32,000 nucleotides of DNA, taken from Parasynechococcus marenigrum WH 8102 (lineage in GTDB: Bacteria; Cyanobacteriota; Cyanobacteriia; PCC-6307; Cyanobiaceae). Location of the stretch: the NCBI RefSeq assembly GCF_000195975.1, contig NC_005070.1:870001-902000 (forward strand), written 5' to 3'. The first letter of the stretch is position 1; the number at the start of each line of letters is the position of its first letter. The position numbers were made by a program, and so were the translations under genes. Positions 1-8,774 of the stretch are shown here, in pieces. The notes beneath the pieces were generated by a model that saw nothing but the letters and a program-made list of their open reading frames with translations, was not told the origin of the DNA and made no database searches.

Positions 1-1
1 C

Positions 2-223
2 AGCAAAGCCATTGATTTCTGGTTGGTGCGTCAGCCCGCCTTTCTGGAAACCAACGAGCTGAGCGCCATCAACAGCCAGCTGCCCAAACCGGCTGCCGCC
101 GTGGTGTCCACCGATCCCACCTTCATCACTTTCCTGAAGTTGCGATTGGAGTACGTCCTCGAGGGAAGCTTCGAGGCTCCTTCCGCAGCAATTCCCGATG
201 CCCTGGCCAGCACCGCCGCATGA
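2..223 (+). CDS. 3' end of a gene truncated by the window edge; product not recognised
   Basis: The frame is open from base 2 to TGA 221-223, with G/C-ending codon bias like the neighbouring genes. The stop overlaps the next ATG (ATGA at 220-223). I do not recognise the tail ...TFITFLKLRLEYVLEGSFEAPSAAIPDALASTAA. Confidence 0.5.
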   Translation, partial: SKAIDFWLVRQPAFLETNELSAINSQLPKPAAAVVSTDPTFITFLKLRLEYVLEGSFEAPSAAIPDALASTAA

Positions 224-531
224 ATCGGCGATCACTTCCGGTGAGTCAGAGGATTGCCCTGCTGGTGCAGGCCCTCGATGGTGCTGAAAAAACCAACAAA
301 GCGCTTGCTACCTGTGCTGATGGGGAGGCGATGGTGGAAATTCTGCTGGGTGCCTCCGCCAAGCTCGGCCTTGGGCTGACCCGGCGCGATCTGATGGAAA
401 CTCCGCCGATCCGGGACTGGATCTGGTTCAAGAGCAACGATCCCCTTGTGACGGTGGGGGATGCCAAACCCCGGTACCGCCAGGAATCCGTCGACGACAA
501 ACCCCGTCGCAAATTTCTCGGTCTGTTCTGA
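220..531 (+). CDS. Small hypothetical protein (103 aa) with a possible Nif11-like N-terminal domain
   Basis: ATG 220 overlaps the upstream stop. The codon bias looks coding. The N-terminal ~55 aa (RIALLVQALDGAEKTNKALATCADGEAMVEILLGASAKLGLGLTRRDL) loosely follow the Nif11 helical pattern. The tail has no GG cleavage site and no Cys-rich core. Confidence 0.5.
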   Translation: MNRRSLPVSQRIALLVQALDGAEKTNKALATCADGEAMVEILLGASAKLGLGLTRRDLMETPPIRDWIWFKSNDPLVTVGDAKPRYRQESVDDKPRRKFLGLF

Positions 532-545
532 CAGCACCAGAGCTG

Positions 546-1217
546 TTGATCAGACTTCCCACGACTCACGCTGATCTCGTGCAAGCCCCGCCTCTGCTCC
601 ATTGGGTGATTGGTGACGTGCACGGATGCCATGCCTCCCTGCTTGCCCTATTGACGGTCCTGCCCTGCCAGGACCATCTGGTGTTCTGTGGAGATGTGGT
701 TAGCCGTTGTGGTCGTATCGAGGCCAGCATGCATCTGGTCTGGGATCTGGTCTGTTGTGGACGGGCGACCTGGTTGAGGGGCAATCACGAACAGGCTCTG
801 ATCGATGCTCTTTCGGAGGATGGCGAGGGCTCACAACCAGCCCTGACCCGACAGTGGGCGCATCGACTCAACCAACTGCCGCTGCTGTATCTCGCTGACG
901 GTTGGTGCGCGACCCATGCCGGGTTCAACAGTGCCGGTGAACCGGATCTGTTCATACGCGAGCCGTTCTGGGAGACCTATGACGGTCGCCATGGCCGCGT
1001 TGTGATTGGCCACACGCCGCGCCCTGCGGTTGAACGCCATCAGCGCATTGTTCTGATCGATACCGGAGCGGTGTACGGCGGCCTGCTCTCGGCCTACTGC
1101 CCGGAAACCGATGCGGTGGTGCAGGTGCAGGGCCCGCGCAGCCAGGAGCCGTTCCCACGACCCGTCGATCTGGAACGGGTCCCAGCCGTGATGAGTGGAG
1201 ACCAGACCCGTTGCTGA
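546..1217 (+). CDS. Metallophosphoesterase, ApaH/PrpA-like Ser/Thr phosphatase or diadenosine tetraphosphatase family
   Basis: Calcineurin-like motifs appear in order: GDVHG, GDVVSRCG, LRGNHE, THAGF, IGHTP. The start is TTG at 546, with GTG 576 as an alternative. The stop at 1215-1217 lies inside the recC start region. Confidence 0.8.
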   Translation: MIRLPTTHADLVQAPPLLHWVIGDVHGCHASLLALLTVLPCQDHLVFCGDVVSRCGRIEASMHLVWDLVCCGRATWLRGNHEQALIDALSEDGEGSQPALTRQWAHRLNQLPLLYLADGWCATHAGFNSAGEPDLFIREPFWETYDGRHGRVVIGHTPRPAVERHQRIVLIDTGAVYGGLLSAYCPETDAVVQVQGPRSQEPFPRPVDLERVPAVMSGDQTRC

Positions 1218-4200
1218 CGCTTTACCGCAGCAATCGGGCTGAATTCCTGGCCACCTTGCTGGCCCGTCAGTTGCTGGAGGAGCGACCGGACCCCTTCGAG
1301 ACGGTGGAGGTGTTGGTGAACACCTGGCCCACCAGCCGCTGGCTTGGCGAGCAGCTCGCCACGGCTAATGGCATCAGTTCGCTGGTGCGCTTTCCCTTCC
1401 CCGGCAGTCGTTTGCGGCAGCTGGTGCGACGGGTGCTCGACCTCCCCGATCAGGAGCAGGACCCCTGGCGGGCCACCTCCCTGGTCTGGGCTGTGCTGGA
1501 GCAGATGCCGGCCCTGTTGGAGCAGCCCGTTGCCCGACCGCTGCAGCTCTGGTTGCAGCAACGAGATGGTGGTGATGCTTCGGGGCTGAGCCGGGATCGT
1601 TGGCAGCTGGCTCGCGCCATCGCCGATGCCTTCGACGACTACGCGCTGTATCGGCCCGAAACCTTGCACAGCTGGATTCAGAGCCAGGGCAGCCGTGCTG
1701 CATCCGCAGAAACGGACTGGCAACCGTGGCTGGCCAGGCAGCTGGCGGCGTCTCTGCATCGCCAACCGTTCGGCTTGCAGGTGCAGTCCGCTGTGGAGCG
1801 GCTGCGCTCCGGCGCCGTGGACCCCCAGGTGCTGCCAAAGGTGATCCGTCTGTTCGGGATCAGTGCCCTGGCGCCGGTGCAGGTGGAACTGATCCAGGCC
1901 CTCTCAGGCAGCACCGACGTTCAGGTGTATCTGCTCACCCCCTGCCGCGATCTCTGGCAGCGCTGCGGCAATCGCCGTGAGCAGCTGGGAGCAACCTGGA
2001 CAGAGCCCCCCGATGGGGGCTGGTTACAGCAGGCACCGCGATTGGAGGCCATGCTCGGACGGATGGGGGCCGAGTTCCAGCAGCTGCTGGAGGGCAGTGG
2101 CGACAGTCAGCTGGGGGAGGTGCGCGAGGGGGATCTGTTTGCCGATCCCGTCCGCATTGCTGAGGGGGAAGGTCGCTCCGCCACGTTGCTGGAGCAGTTG
2201 CAGCAGCAGCTGGTGGAACCGGGCTGCCGTGAATCTCTCGATCGAGATCTTGACGACCGCTCCTTGTTGTTCCAGGCCGCTCCAGGGCCGTGGCGGGAGG
2301 TGCAACTGGTGCGCGATCAGGTGTTGCAGTGGCTGGCGGCGGATCCAGAGCTTGAGCCTCGGGATGTGTTGGTGATGACCCCGCAGATCGACCGTTATGC
2401 CCCACTCCTGAGCTCTGTGCTCAACGACCGTGATGCGATTGGAGTGGATCTGCCCTGGCGTCTCACCGATCGAAGCCAGCAGAGCACCCCTGGCCTGACG
2501 ATGGTGATGCTGGAGTTGCTGGACCTGGCGTCAGGTCGCCTGACCGCCACTGGGCTGGAACGGTTGTTGGCCAATCCCGCCCTACAGACGCAACAGGGGC
2601 TCAGCGGTACTGAGGCGTCTGCCTTGACCCGCTGCCTGCAGCGCACGGGCTTCCGCTGGGGGCTCGATGCCCGGGAGCGGGGCGGTGATGAGACCCACAG
2701 CCTCAGTTGGTGTCTGGATCGTTGGTTGCTGGGTCTGGCGCTGCCGCAACGGGATGGCCTGGCACCCGGCGGGGCGGCCCCGTTTCATCAGGATCTCGAT
2801 CCGCAGCGGCTGGTGCGCTGGTGGAGCGTTCTGGATCGGCTGGTGCGCTGGTTGCAGCAGCTGCGACGACCACGGACCTCGACGGCCTGGGTGGAGTTGC
2901 TGCAGGCCGTGCTGGAGGATCTCTTCGCTGACGGCGGTGCCTGGAGCTGGGAGCGTCAGGGTTGGTCTGCGGCCCTGGCGGAATGGCAGCAACGGGCAGC
3001 CTCCTGCTCGCTGGAGCTCGAGGTGGCGGTGGCAGCTGAGGTGCTGGCGGAGGCCCTGTCGGTGGACAGTGGCCGCTTCGGGCATCGCAGTGGTGCGCTC
3101 ACGGTGAGTGCGCTGGAGCCGATGCGGGCGATCCCCCACAAGGTGATTGTGCTGATGGGTCTCGACGACGGGGTGTTCCCCCGTGTGGATCAACGGCCTG
3201 GGTTCCATCTGTTGGAGCAGCGCCGCTGGCTCGGCGACCCGCGCGGGGGTGATCAGGACCGTTATGTGCTGCTGGAGGCGCTGATGTCCGCGCGGCGTCA
3301 TCTGCTGATCAGTTGGTGCGGCCGCAATGAACACACCGGTGAGCCTCGGCCGGCTGCTGCTCCGGTGGAACAGTGGTTGCAGGACCTGACAAGGCAGCTG
3401 GGCACTGAGGCCAGCGCGGGGCTGTGCATCGAGCCGGATCCCAACCCACTGGATCGCAGCAACTTTCAGGTTGCCGGCCATGGCCAGCCCCTCAGCTGTG
3501 ATCGCCGCCAACTGGCGGCGCGACGCTGGCTGGACCAGCATCAGAGCCATGCTGCGACGGCCGGCCTGGCCTGGCCGCTGCACTGGAGTGCGCCGGACCC
3601 TGAGGTCACGATCGACCCACGCAGCGATGAGGAGCTGTTGCAGTGGCTGGTGGACCCTCAGTCAGCCTGGCTGCGGCAGCTGGGCCTCCACCCAGCTGAG
3701 CGGGTGGATCCTGTGGAGGATCTCGAGGCCCTGACGCTCAGCAGCCTGCTGCAGGCCCAGGTGTTGAATCAGGATCTGGAGGATCACCTGCTGGCGGCCG
3801 AGACGCCGGCATGGTGCGAGACGTTGGCGGGCCAGGGGGTGTTTCCCCCCGCAGCAGGGGCTCAGCTGGAGGAGGGAATCCTCAGCCATCGACTCCAGGC
3901 GTTGCAGCTGCAGCTGGACCGGCTCGGACGTTGCAGCCGCCAGGGAACGCTGCTGATGGCCGGCGACATTCAGGTGGTGGTTCAGCCCGGTCGTTTCACC
4001 CCCCGTGGTCTGATGCGGGGCTGGTTGCAGCATCTAAGGCTCTGCGCAGACGATGCTGTCTTCGGCGGGAGCGCCGTCATCGCTCGGGCAGACAAGGGCG
4101 ATGACGCCAAGCCCCATGTGCGTTGGGGACGTCTCGAACCTGCGGTGGCCCAGGCCCAGCTGCTGACGCTGCAGCGGTTGGCTCAGCAGGGGCAGCATCA

Positions 4201-4432
4201 GTGCTGGCCGGTTCCCCCCAGAAGTGGCTGGCTGTTGATGAGCAGGGATCACTACAAGGCCGGCAGCGGCGTCGCCGCTTTTCAAGACGGCTGGATCCGG
4301 GAGCGCCAGGACCCCCAGCAGCGGCTGTGCTTCGGCGCCGATGCTGAGGCTGACCAGCTGTTGCAGAGCCAGGGCTTCGAGCAGGCATGTGCGTTGCTCT
4401 ACAAACCGATGCTGCAGGCCTTGGTGCACTGA
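1211..4432 (+). CDS. recC: Exodeoxyribonuclease V gamma subunit RecC
   Basis: The 1073-aa ORF has a RecC-typical N-terminus (MLTLYRSNRAEFLATLLARQL) and a length typical of RecC. It lies next to recB-recD. The start is TTG, 7 nt inside the upstream ORF. Confidence 0.88.
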   Translation: MLTLYRSNRAEFLATLLARQLLEERPDPFETVEVLVNTWPTSRWLGEQLATANGISSLVRFPFPGSRLRQLVRRVLDLPDQEQDPWRATSLVWAVLEQMPALLEQPVARPLQLWLQQRDGGDASGLSRDRWQLARAIADAFDDYALYRPETLHSWIQSQGSRAASAETDWQPWLARQLAASLHRQPFGLQVQSAVERLRSGAVDPQVLPKVIRLFGISALAPVQVELIQALSGSTDVQVYLLTPCRDLWQRCGNRREQLGATWTEPPDGGWLQQAPRLEAMLGRMGAEFQQLLEGSGDSQLGEVREGDLFADPVRIAEGEGRSATLLEQLQQQLVEPGCRESLDRDLDDRSLLFQAAPGPWREVQLVRDQVLQWLAADPELEPRDVLVMTPQIDRYAPLLSSVLNDRDAIGVDLPWRLTDRSQQSTPGLTMVMLELLDLASGRLTATGLERLLANPALQTQQGLSGTEASALTRCLQRTGFRWGLDARERGGDETHSLSWCLDRWLLGLALPQRDGLAPGGAAPFHQDLDPQRLVRWWSVLDRLVRWLQQLRRPRTSTAWVELLQAVLEDLFADGGAWSWERQGWSAALAEWQQRAASCSLELEVAVAAEVLAEALSVDSGRFGHRSGALTVSALEPMRAIPHKVIVLMGLDDGVFPRVDQRPGFHLLEQRRWLGDPRGGDQDRYVLLEALMSARRHLLISWCGRNEHTGEPRPAAAPVEQWLQDLTRQLGTEASAGLCIEPDPNPLDRSNFQVAGHGQPLSCDRRQLAARRWLDQHQSHAATAGLAWPLHWSAPDPEVTIDPRSDEELLQWLVDPQSAWLRQLGLHPAERVDPVEDLEALTLSSLLQAQVLNQDLEDHLLAAETPAWCETLAGQGVFPPAAGAQLEEGILSHRLQALQLQLDRLGRCSRQGTLLMAGDIQVVVQPGRFTPRGLMRGWLQHLRLCADDAVFGGSAVIARADKGDDAKPHVRWGRLEPAVAQAQLLTLQRLAQQGQHQCWPVPPRSGWLLMSRDHYKAGSGVAAFQDGWIRERQDPQQRLCFGADAEADQLLQSQGFEQACALLYKPMLQALVH

Positions 4433-4436
4433 AAAC

Positions 4437-4476
4437 AAGGCAGGTTCACTGCCACAACGGGCCAGCGACCTGCCTT
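4437..4476 (+). terminator. Candidate hairpin downstream of recC (AAGGCAGGT ... ACCTGCCTT followed by TCTTGT)
   Basis: A 9-bp perfect inverted repeat at 4437-4445 and 4468-4476 starts 5 nt after the recC stop. The loop is long (22 nt) and the T tract is weak, so this is not a canonical intrinsic terminator. Confidence 0.3.
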
Positions 4477-4563
4477 TCTTGTCCACCGTATGGAGATGGT
4501 TTCAACCGTGCCGTGGTGGCGACCGCGTTCCCTGACACGGTCAGGAACTCTGCACAGGGTTGT

Positions 4564-5007
4564 TTATCCGGGTTTCAGTTCATCGAACAGCTGCTGCACC
4601 CGGTGCTCAAGCTGAGCGATCGGATCGACGCCGTCCTCCTCACCGAGGTCTTTGACCGTCCAGAAGCGGATCCTGTTCTCCCAGGCGGGGAACTGCTGCA
4701 GCACCATCGGGCGATGGGCCGCCTCATCAACGGCCACCACCACATCCGCAGCGTCCAGGTCAGCCTCCGTGACCTGTTTTGGTGCGGAGAGGCTACCTGG
4801 ATCGATGGTCACACCACGGTTCTGCAGGGCGCTGATCGCCTCAGGCGCCATTGGACCGACGTTGCCACTGCTGGGATCCACCTTCAGCCCAGCAGAATCA
4901 ACCTGCAGGCCCCCCGTCGCCTGGTTGATCTCGATCAGCTGCTGGAGCAGCGCTTGCGAGAAACGACTGCGGAAGTAATTGCCGGTGCAGAGAAACAGGA
5001 CGCGCAC
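4564..5007 (-). CDS. Low-molecular-weight protein-tyrosine phosphatase / arsenate-reductase-fold protein
   Basis: The N-terminal P-loop is MRVLFLCTGNYFRSR (C-x5-R-S signature). The size of 147 aa is typical of LMW-PTPs. Confidence 0.82.
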   Translation of the reverse strand: MRVLFLCTGNYFRSRFSQALLQQLIEINQATGGLQVDSAGLKVDPSSGNVGPMAPEAISALQNRGVTIDPGSLSAPKQVTEADLDAADVVVAVDEAAHRPMVLQQFPAWENRIRFWTVKDLGEEDGVDPIAQLEHRVQQLFDELKPG

Positions 5008-5013
5008 TAAGGG

Positions 5014-5196
5014 TCAGCCCTTGAAACTGTTGATCAGGGCAAAGCCGTACAACGCAACGATTGCGGCTCCCAACAATCCGATGGACGTGAGCTGGCGTGC
5101 CATGACGATGAGGTTCGGCACCCTTGTTGTGACCCAGCTCAAAAACAGTGTCAATTGCGTTGCCGGATCGGTGTTGGATCGCTCGTCGATGACCAT
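5014..5196 (-). CDS. Small hypothetical membrane protein (60 aa; possibly only the 29-aa version starting at 5103)
   Basis: It has one C-terminal hydrophobic helix (LTSIGLLGAAIVALYGFALINSF). The stop lies 6 nt upstream of the LMW-PTP start. The 5' half uses several rare codons, and the long version would leave only 17 nt before the divergent recB ATG. Confidence 0.3.
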   Translation of the reverse strand: MVIDERSNTDPATQLTLFLSWVTTRVPNLIVMARQLTSIGLLGAAIVALYGFALINSFKG

Positions 5197-5213
5197 GGCC
5201 GGAGGGCAGCGCC

Positions 5214-8200
5214 ATGCGCTTTGACCCCAATCGCTATCCCCTCGACCCCGGTCTGCGGCTGTTGGAGGCGAGCGCCGGCACCGGCAAGACCTTTGCCTTA
5301 GCGCATCTGACCTTGCGACTGATCAGCGAGGCCGCCATGCCCTTGCCCAGTCTCCTGGTGGTGACCTTCACGGATGCGGCGGCAGCGGAATTGCGCTCCC
5401 GCATCGGTCAGCGTCTGCAGGATGCACTGGCGGGGCTTGAGGCCGTTGCACGCGGTGATGCCCTGCCGAAGGCGGATTCGGTGCTGCAGCAGTGGTGGCA
5501 GCAGGCCCCGCAGGGTCAGTCCCGGCGTGACTGGATCAGCCGTGTGCTGATGGCCCTCGAACAACTCGATGCCGCCGACATCACCACCATCCATGGCTTC
5601 TGCAGCCGCAGCCTGCGGCGTCAGGCGATCAACAGTGGTGCGGCCATGCAGCAGCAGCTGGAGACCGATGCCACGGCACTCGTGCAGGAAGTGGTGCAGG
5701 AGCTCTGGCAACAGCAACTGTTGACCCTCCCCCTGCCGCAGTTGCAGGGATTGGTTCGGGCCGGCCTGACCGCCGATGGGCTGGCGGCTGCGCTGCTGCG
5801 TCTCGATGCTGATCCCCAGGCTTGGCTGCAGACGGATGGCGATGACTTTGATCCCAACCAGCCTCTGGGGGCGCAGCTGGAGGTTTCGCTTCAGCTGAGC
5901 TGGGAGCGGTTTGTGCAGTTCTGGACGCGTGATGGCGAGGGCCTTGAGCAGTGCTTCCGGGCAACGGCGAAGCAGTGGAAGGCGATGGGATTCAAACCGT
6001 CGCCCTACAGCCCTAAACCAACCAGTGATCGTTTCGGTCAGGTGGATCGCTGGGTCGCGGCCCAACACGACACCCCAGATCTCAGCACGATCCGGGCGCA
6101 GCAGAAACCGCTGCACGACTACTTCCACCCAGGCGTCTGGTGCCGAACGGCGCGCAAGTGCGGCGAGCAGGAGCCATCCCTGGCTGCTCCTGAATTGCAA
6201 CAGGCCATCGCCGATCTCTGGGATGGTCCGATCGAACGGGTGTGGCGCTATGCCCTGCAACGGGGATTGCAGCAGCTTCAGCGACGACGGCAGCGGAGCG
6301 GCACGGTCAGCTTTGCTGGCCTGCTGACGGCCATGGACCCAGGTGATGCTGAGGCCTCCTGGTTGGAGCCGTTGCAGCAGCGTTATCGCGCCGTGATGGT
6401 GGATGAATTTCAGGACACCGATCCGGTGCAGTGGCGGCTGCTGCAACGCAGTTTTGGAGGCGGCTCGCACCTGCTGTTGCTGGTGGGGGATCCCAAGCAG
6501 GCGATCTATCGCTTCCGCGGTGGTGATCTGGACACCTACCGGCGGGCGCGTGGACTGGTGAGCCGGATCGACACGTTGGAGGACAACTACCGCACCACAC
6601 CACCGTTGATGGCGGGGCTCAATGCCTTGATGGCGCCGGGATTGCCGGAGTCAAGGCTGGAGGTTCCGGCGGTTCATGCCCGCACCGCACGGTCAGCGGC
6701 GGTTCTTCCCGAGGGACAGCAGCCCCTGCAGCTGCTGCAGTTCGAGCAGGACCTTCCGGCGGGGAAGACCGCCATCGAAGCGGCGGTGCCGCCAGCTGTT
6801 GCTGAGGTGGTGATGCAACTGCTGATCGAACAACCGGCACTGAGCCCCGATCAGCTCTGCATCCTGGTGAGCAGGCACGACCAGGCGGCCGATCTGCGGC
6901 GGGCCCTGGCGGAGCGAGGTGTGCCCACACGCCTGGTGGCCCAGGGAGACGTGCTGGACAGCGACGCTGCCCTTATGATGCAACACTTGCTGGATGCCCT
7001 TGCGGCGCCGGCGGATGACCGTCGCCTGCGGCTGCTGGCCGCCTCTCCCTTGGTGGGGTGGAGTGCCGACCAACTGCGTTGTGAGGCCCAGGATCCGCAG
7101 CTCGATGCCCTGGCTCAGCGTTTACGCCAGGCGGCGGATCAGTTGCCGCGGCTGGGGCTGCTGGGTTGCCTGTCTGGGCTGCTGGACGCTGAACGTACGG
7201 CTGGTCTGTCCGACGAGGGGCGGATGCTGGGAGATCTGCAGCAGGCAGCCCGCTTGGTGCAGGAGGAGATGCACCGTCAGGGTCTGGATCTGGCCGCTGC
7301 TGCCCTGTGGTTGCGGCGGCAACGGCTGCATCCCCCCAGTCCACTGCCACCGGCCCGCGAACCCCACAGCGACCTGGCGGAGAGCGCTGTGGCGGTGGTG
7401 ACGGTTCACCGCAGCAAGGGTCTGGAATTTCCTCTGGTGATCTGCCCCTACCTCTGGGCTGGTGCCAAGGAGGCGCGTTACGTCACCGGCCCCCTGTGGC
7501 GGGATGGCGCGGCAGGAGGTTGGCGGATCGCCTTGAACCGTGATTGGGGCCTCGGCTGGACGGTCTGGCAGCGCAGCCATGCCGAACAGGTGGCGGAAGC
7601 CGAGCGGTTGGCTTACGTCGCCGTCACCCGCGCTCGCTCGCAGCTGCTGCTGCTCTGGGCCCGCTGCGCGCCCCAGCAGTCGGTGCTGCAGCACTGGCTG
7701 TTCGAAGGCGACGCGGACACGCTGCGGGATCTGCCTCTCAGCCATCGACCGCTGAAGCCGGAGGTTGGTCAGCAACGCTGGCGACCGCCCCATCGCCAGG
7801 AGACGTTGGCGATCGGAGCCACGCCGCAGAGGATCGATCGCAGCTGGGGACGTTCCAGCTACTCCGCCTGGATCGCCGCGCCGGCGGCGGAAGCGTTGTT
7901 GGAGCAGGGGCGTGATCAGGATCCAGAGGCTGAGGAGGTCACAGCAGCAGGTCTTGAGGAGTGGCCGGATCGGGGGCCTTTGGCGGACTTCCCCCGGGGT
8001 GCTGCGGCCGGGGATTGCCTGCACCGCATGCTCGAGCAACTGCCCTTCCAGTGCTCCGGTGATTGGGGCCATGTGATCGAGCAGGAACTGCAGCGATCAG
8101 GACTGTCCCTGGACTGGCGCGAGGCGGTGGAACAAGGGCTGCAGCAGGTGCTGGACACCCCGTTGGGGGGACCACTGGCGGCCCTGCCCCTCAGCGCCTT

Positions 8201-8774
8201 AACGCCGGATCGCCGCTTGCATGAGCTCAGCTTTGATCTGCCGGTGCGTCACGCCCGCACGGATGACCTCGTCGAGGCGTTTCGACTGGATCCAGAGGCT
8301 CGCTTTGGCCGCGATTACATCGATCAGCTCAGCAGCCTGCAGGTGAACAGCCGCGGTTTTCTGACCGGATCGATTGACCTGGTGTTCAGCGATGCTGCCG
8401 ATCCCCTGCAGGCTCGCTGGTGGGTGGCGGACTGGAAAAGCAACTGGATCGGTGAACGCGGCGAGCCCGGCTCCCCCAGCTGCTGCGGCCCACGCCACTA
8501 CGACCAGGTGGCGATGGAGGAGCAGATGCGGCATCACCACTACCCCCTGCAGGCCCATCTGTATCTGGTGGCCCTGCACCGGCACCTGCAGTGGCGACTG
8601 CCCGGCTATGTGCCGGAGCGTCATCTCGGCGGTTATGTCTATGTCTTTCTGCGGGGAATGCCCGGTCAGAGCATTGGCAGCTCCGGAGAAACAGGGCCAG
8701 GACGCATCGTGGAGCCGGCACCATTGCAACGGGTCCTGGCCCTCGATCGGATGCTGCAGCAGGTGGCGGTATGA
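5214..8774 (+). CDS. recB: Exodeoxyribonuclease V beta subunit RecB (UvrD-type helicase plus PD-(D/E)xK nuclease)
   Basis: Walker A is present (LEASAGTGKTFALAHL). The C-terminal RecB nuclease signature is GSIDLVF...WWVADWKSNWIG, followed by YPLQAHLYLVALHRHL. The ORF is 1186 aa. Confidence 0.92.
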   Translation: MRFDPNRYPLDPGLRLLEASAGTGKTFALAHLTLRLISEAAMPLPSLLVVTFTDAAAAELRSRIGQRLQDALAGLEAVARGDALPKADSVLQQWWQQAPQGQSRRDWISRVLMALEQLDAADITTIHGFCSRSLRRQAINSGAAMQQQLETDATALVQEVVQELWQQQLLTLPLPQLQGLVRAGLTADGLAAALLRLDADPQAWLQTDGDDFDPNQPLGAQLEVSLQLSWERFVQFWTRDGEGLEQCFRATAKQWKAMGFKPSPYSPKPTSDRFGQVDRWVAAQHDTPDLSTIRAQQKPLHDYFHPGVWCRTARKCGEQEPSLAAPELQQAIADLWDGPIERVWRYALQRGLQQLQRRRQRSGTVSFAGLLTAMDPGDAEASWLEPLQQRYRAVMVDEFQDTDPVQWRLLQRSFGGGSHLLLLVGDPKQAIYRFRGGDLDTYRRARGLVSRIDTLEDNYRTTPPLMAGLNALMAPGLPESRLEVPAVHARTARSAAVLPEGQQPLQLLQFEQDLPAGKTAIEAAVPPAVAEVVMQLLIEQPALSPDQLCILVSRHDQAADLRRALAERGVPTRLVAQGDVLDSDAALMMQHLLDALAAPADDRRLRLLAASPLVGWSADQLRCEAQDPQLDALAQRLRQAADQLPRLGLLGCLSGLLDAERTAGLSDEGRMLGDLQQAARLVQEEMHRQGLDLAAAALWLRRQRLHPPSPLPPAREPHSDLAESAVAVVTVHRSKGLEFPLVICPYLWAGAKEARYVTGPLWRDGAAGGWRIALNRDWGLGWTVWQRSHAEQVAEAERLAYVAVTRARSQLLLLWARCAPQQSVLQHWLFEGDADTLRDLPLSHRPLKPEVGQQRWRPPHRQETLAIGATPQRIDRSWGRSSYSAWIAAPAAEALLEQGRDQDPEAEEVTAAGLEEWPDRGPLADFPRGAAAGDCLHRMLEQLPFQCSGDWGHVIEQELQRSGLSLDWREAVEQGLQQVLDTPLGGPLAALPLSALTPDRRLHELSFDLPVRHARTDDLVEAFRLDPEARFGRDYIDQLSSLQVNSRGFLTGSIDLVFSDAADPLQARWWVADWKSNWIGERGEPGSPSCCGPRHYDQVAMEEQMRHHHYPLQAHLYLVALHRHLQWRLPGYVPERHLGGYVYVFLRGMPGQSIGSSGETGPGRIVEPAPLQRVLALDRMLQQVAV

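Noticed and set aside
4531-4545. A short hairpin, CCTGAC-ACG-GTCAGG, considered as a terminator for the LMW-PTP gene.
   Set aside because: The stem is only 6 bp and no U-tract follows on the minus strand. This is not enough evidence to call a terminator.
4387-5010. A 207-aa plus-strand ORF spanning the recC-recB gap.
   Set aside because: It is antisense to an ORF with a clear LMW-PTP C-x5-R-S P-loop and has no recognisable motifs of its own.
8591-8770. The ORF-track N-terminal extension of recD (an extra 60 aa). Similar extensions exist for the cupin (10216-10323), rbp (13103-13207) and micro-ORF A (22220-22279).
   Set aside because: The extensions overlap the preceding gene or the divergent start and have junk-like composition. 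In each case a downstream ATG gives the canonical family N-terminus and/or a 1-4 nt stop/start overlap.
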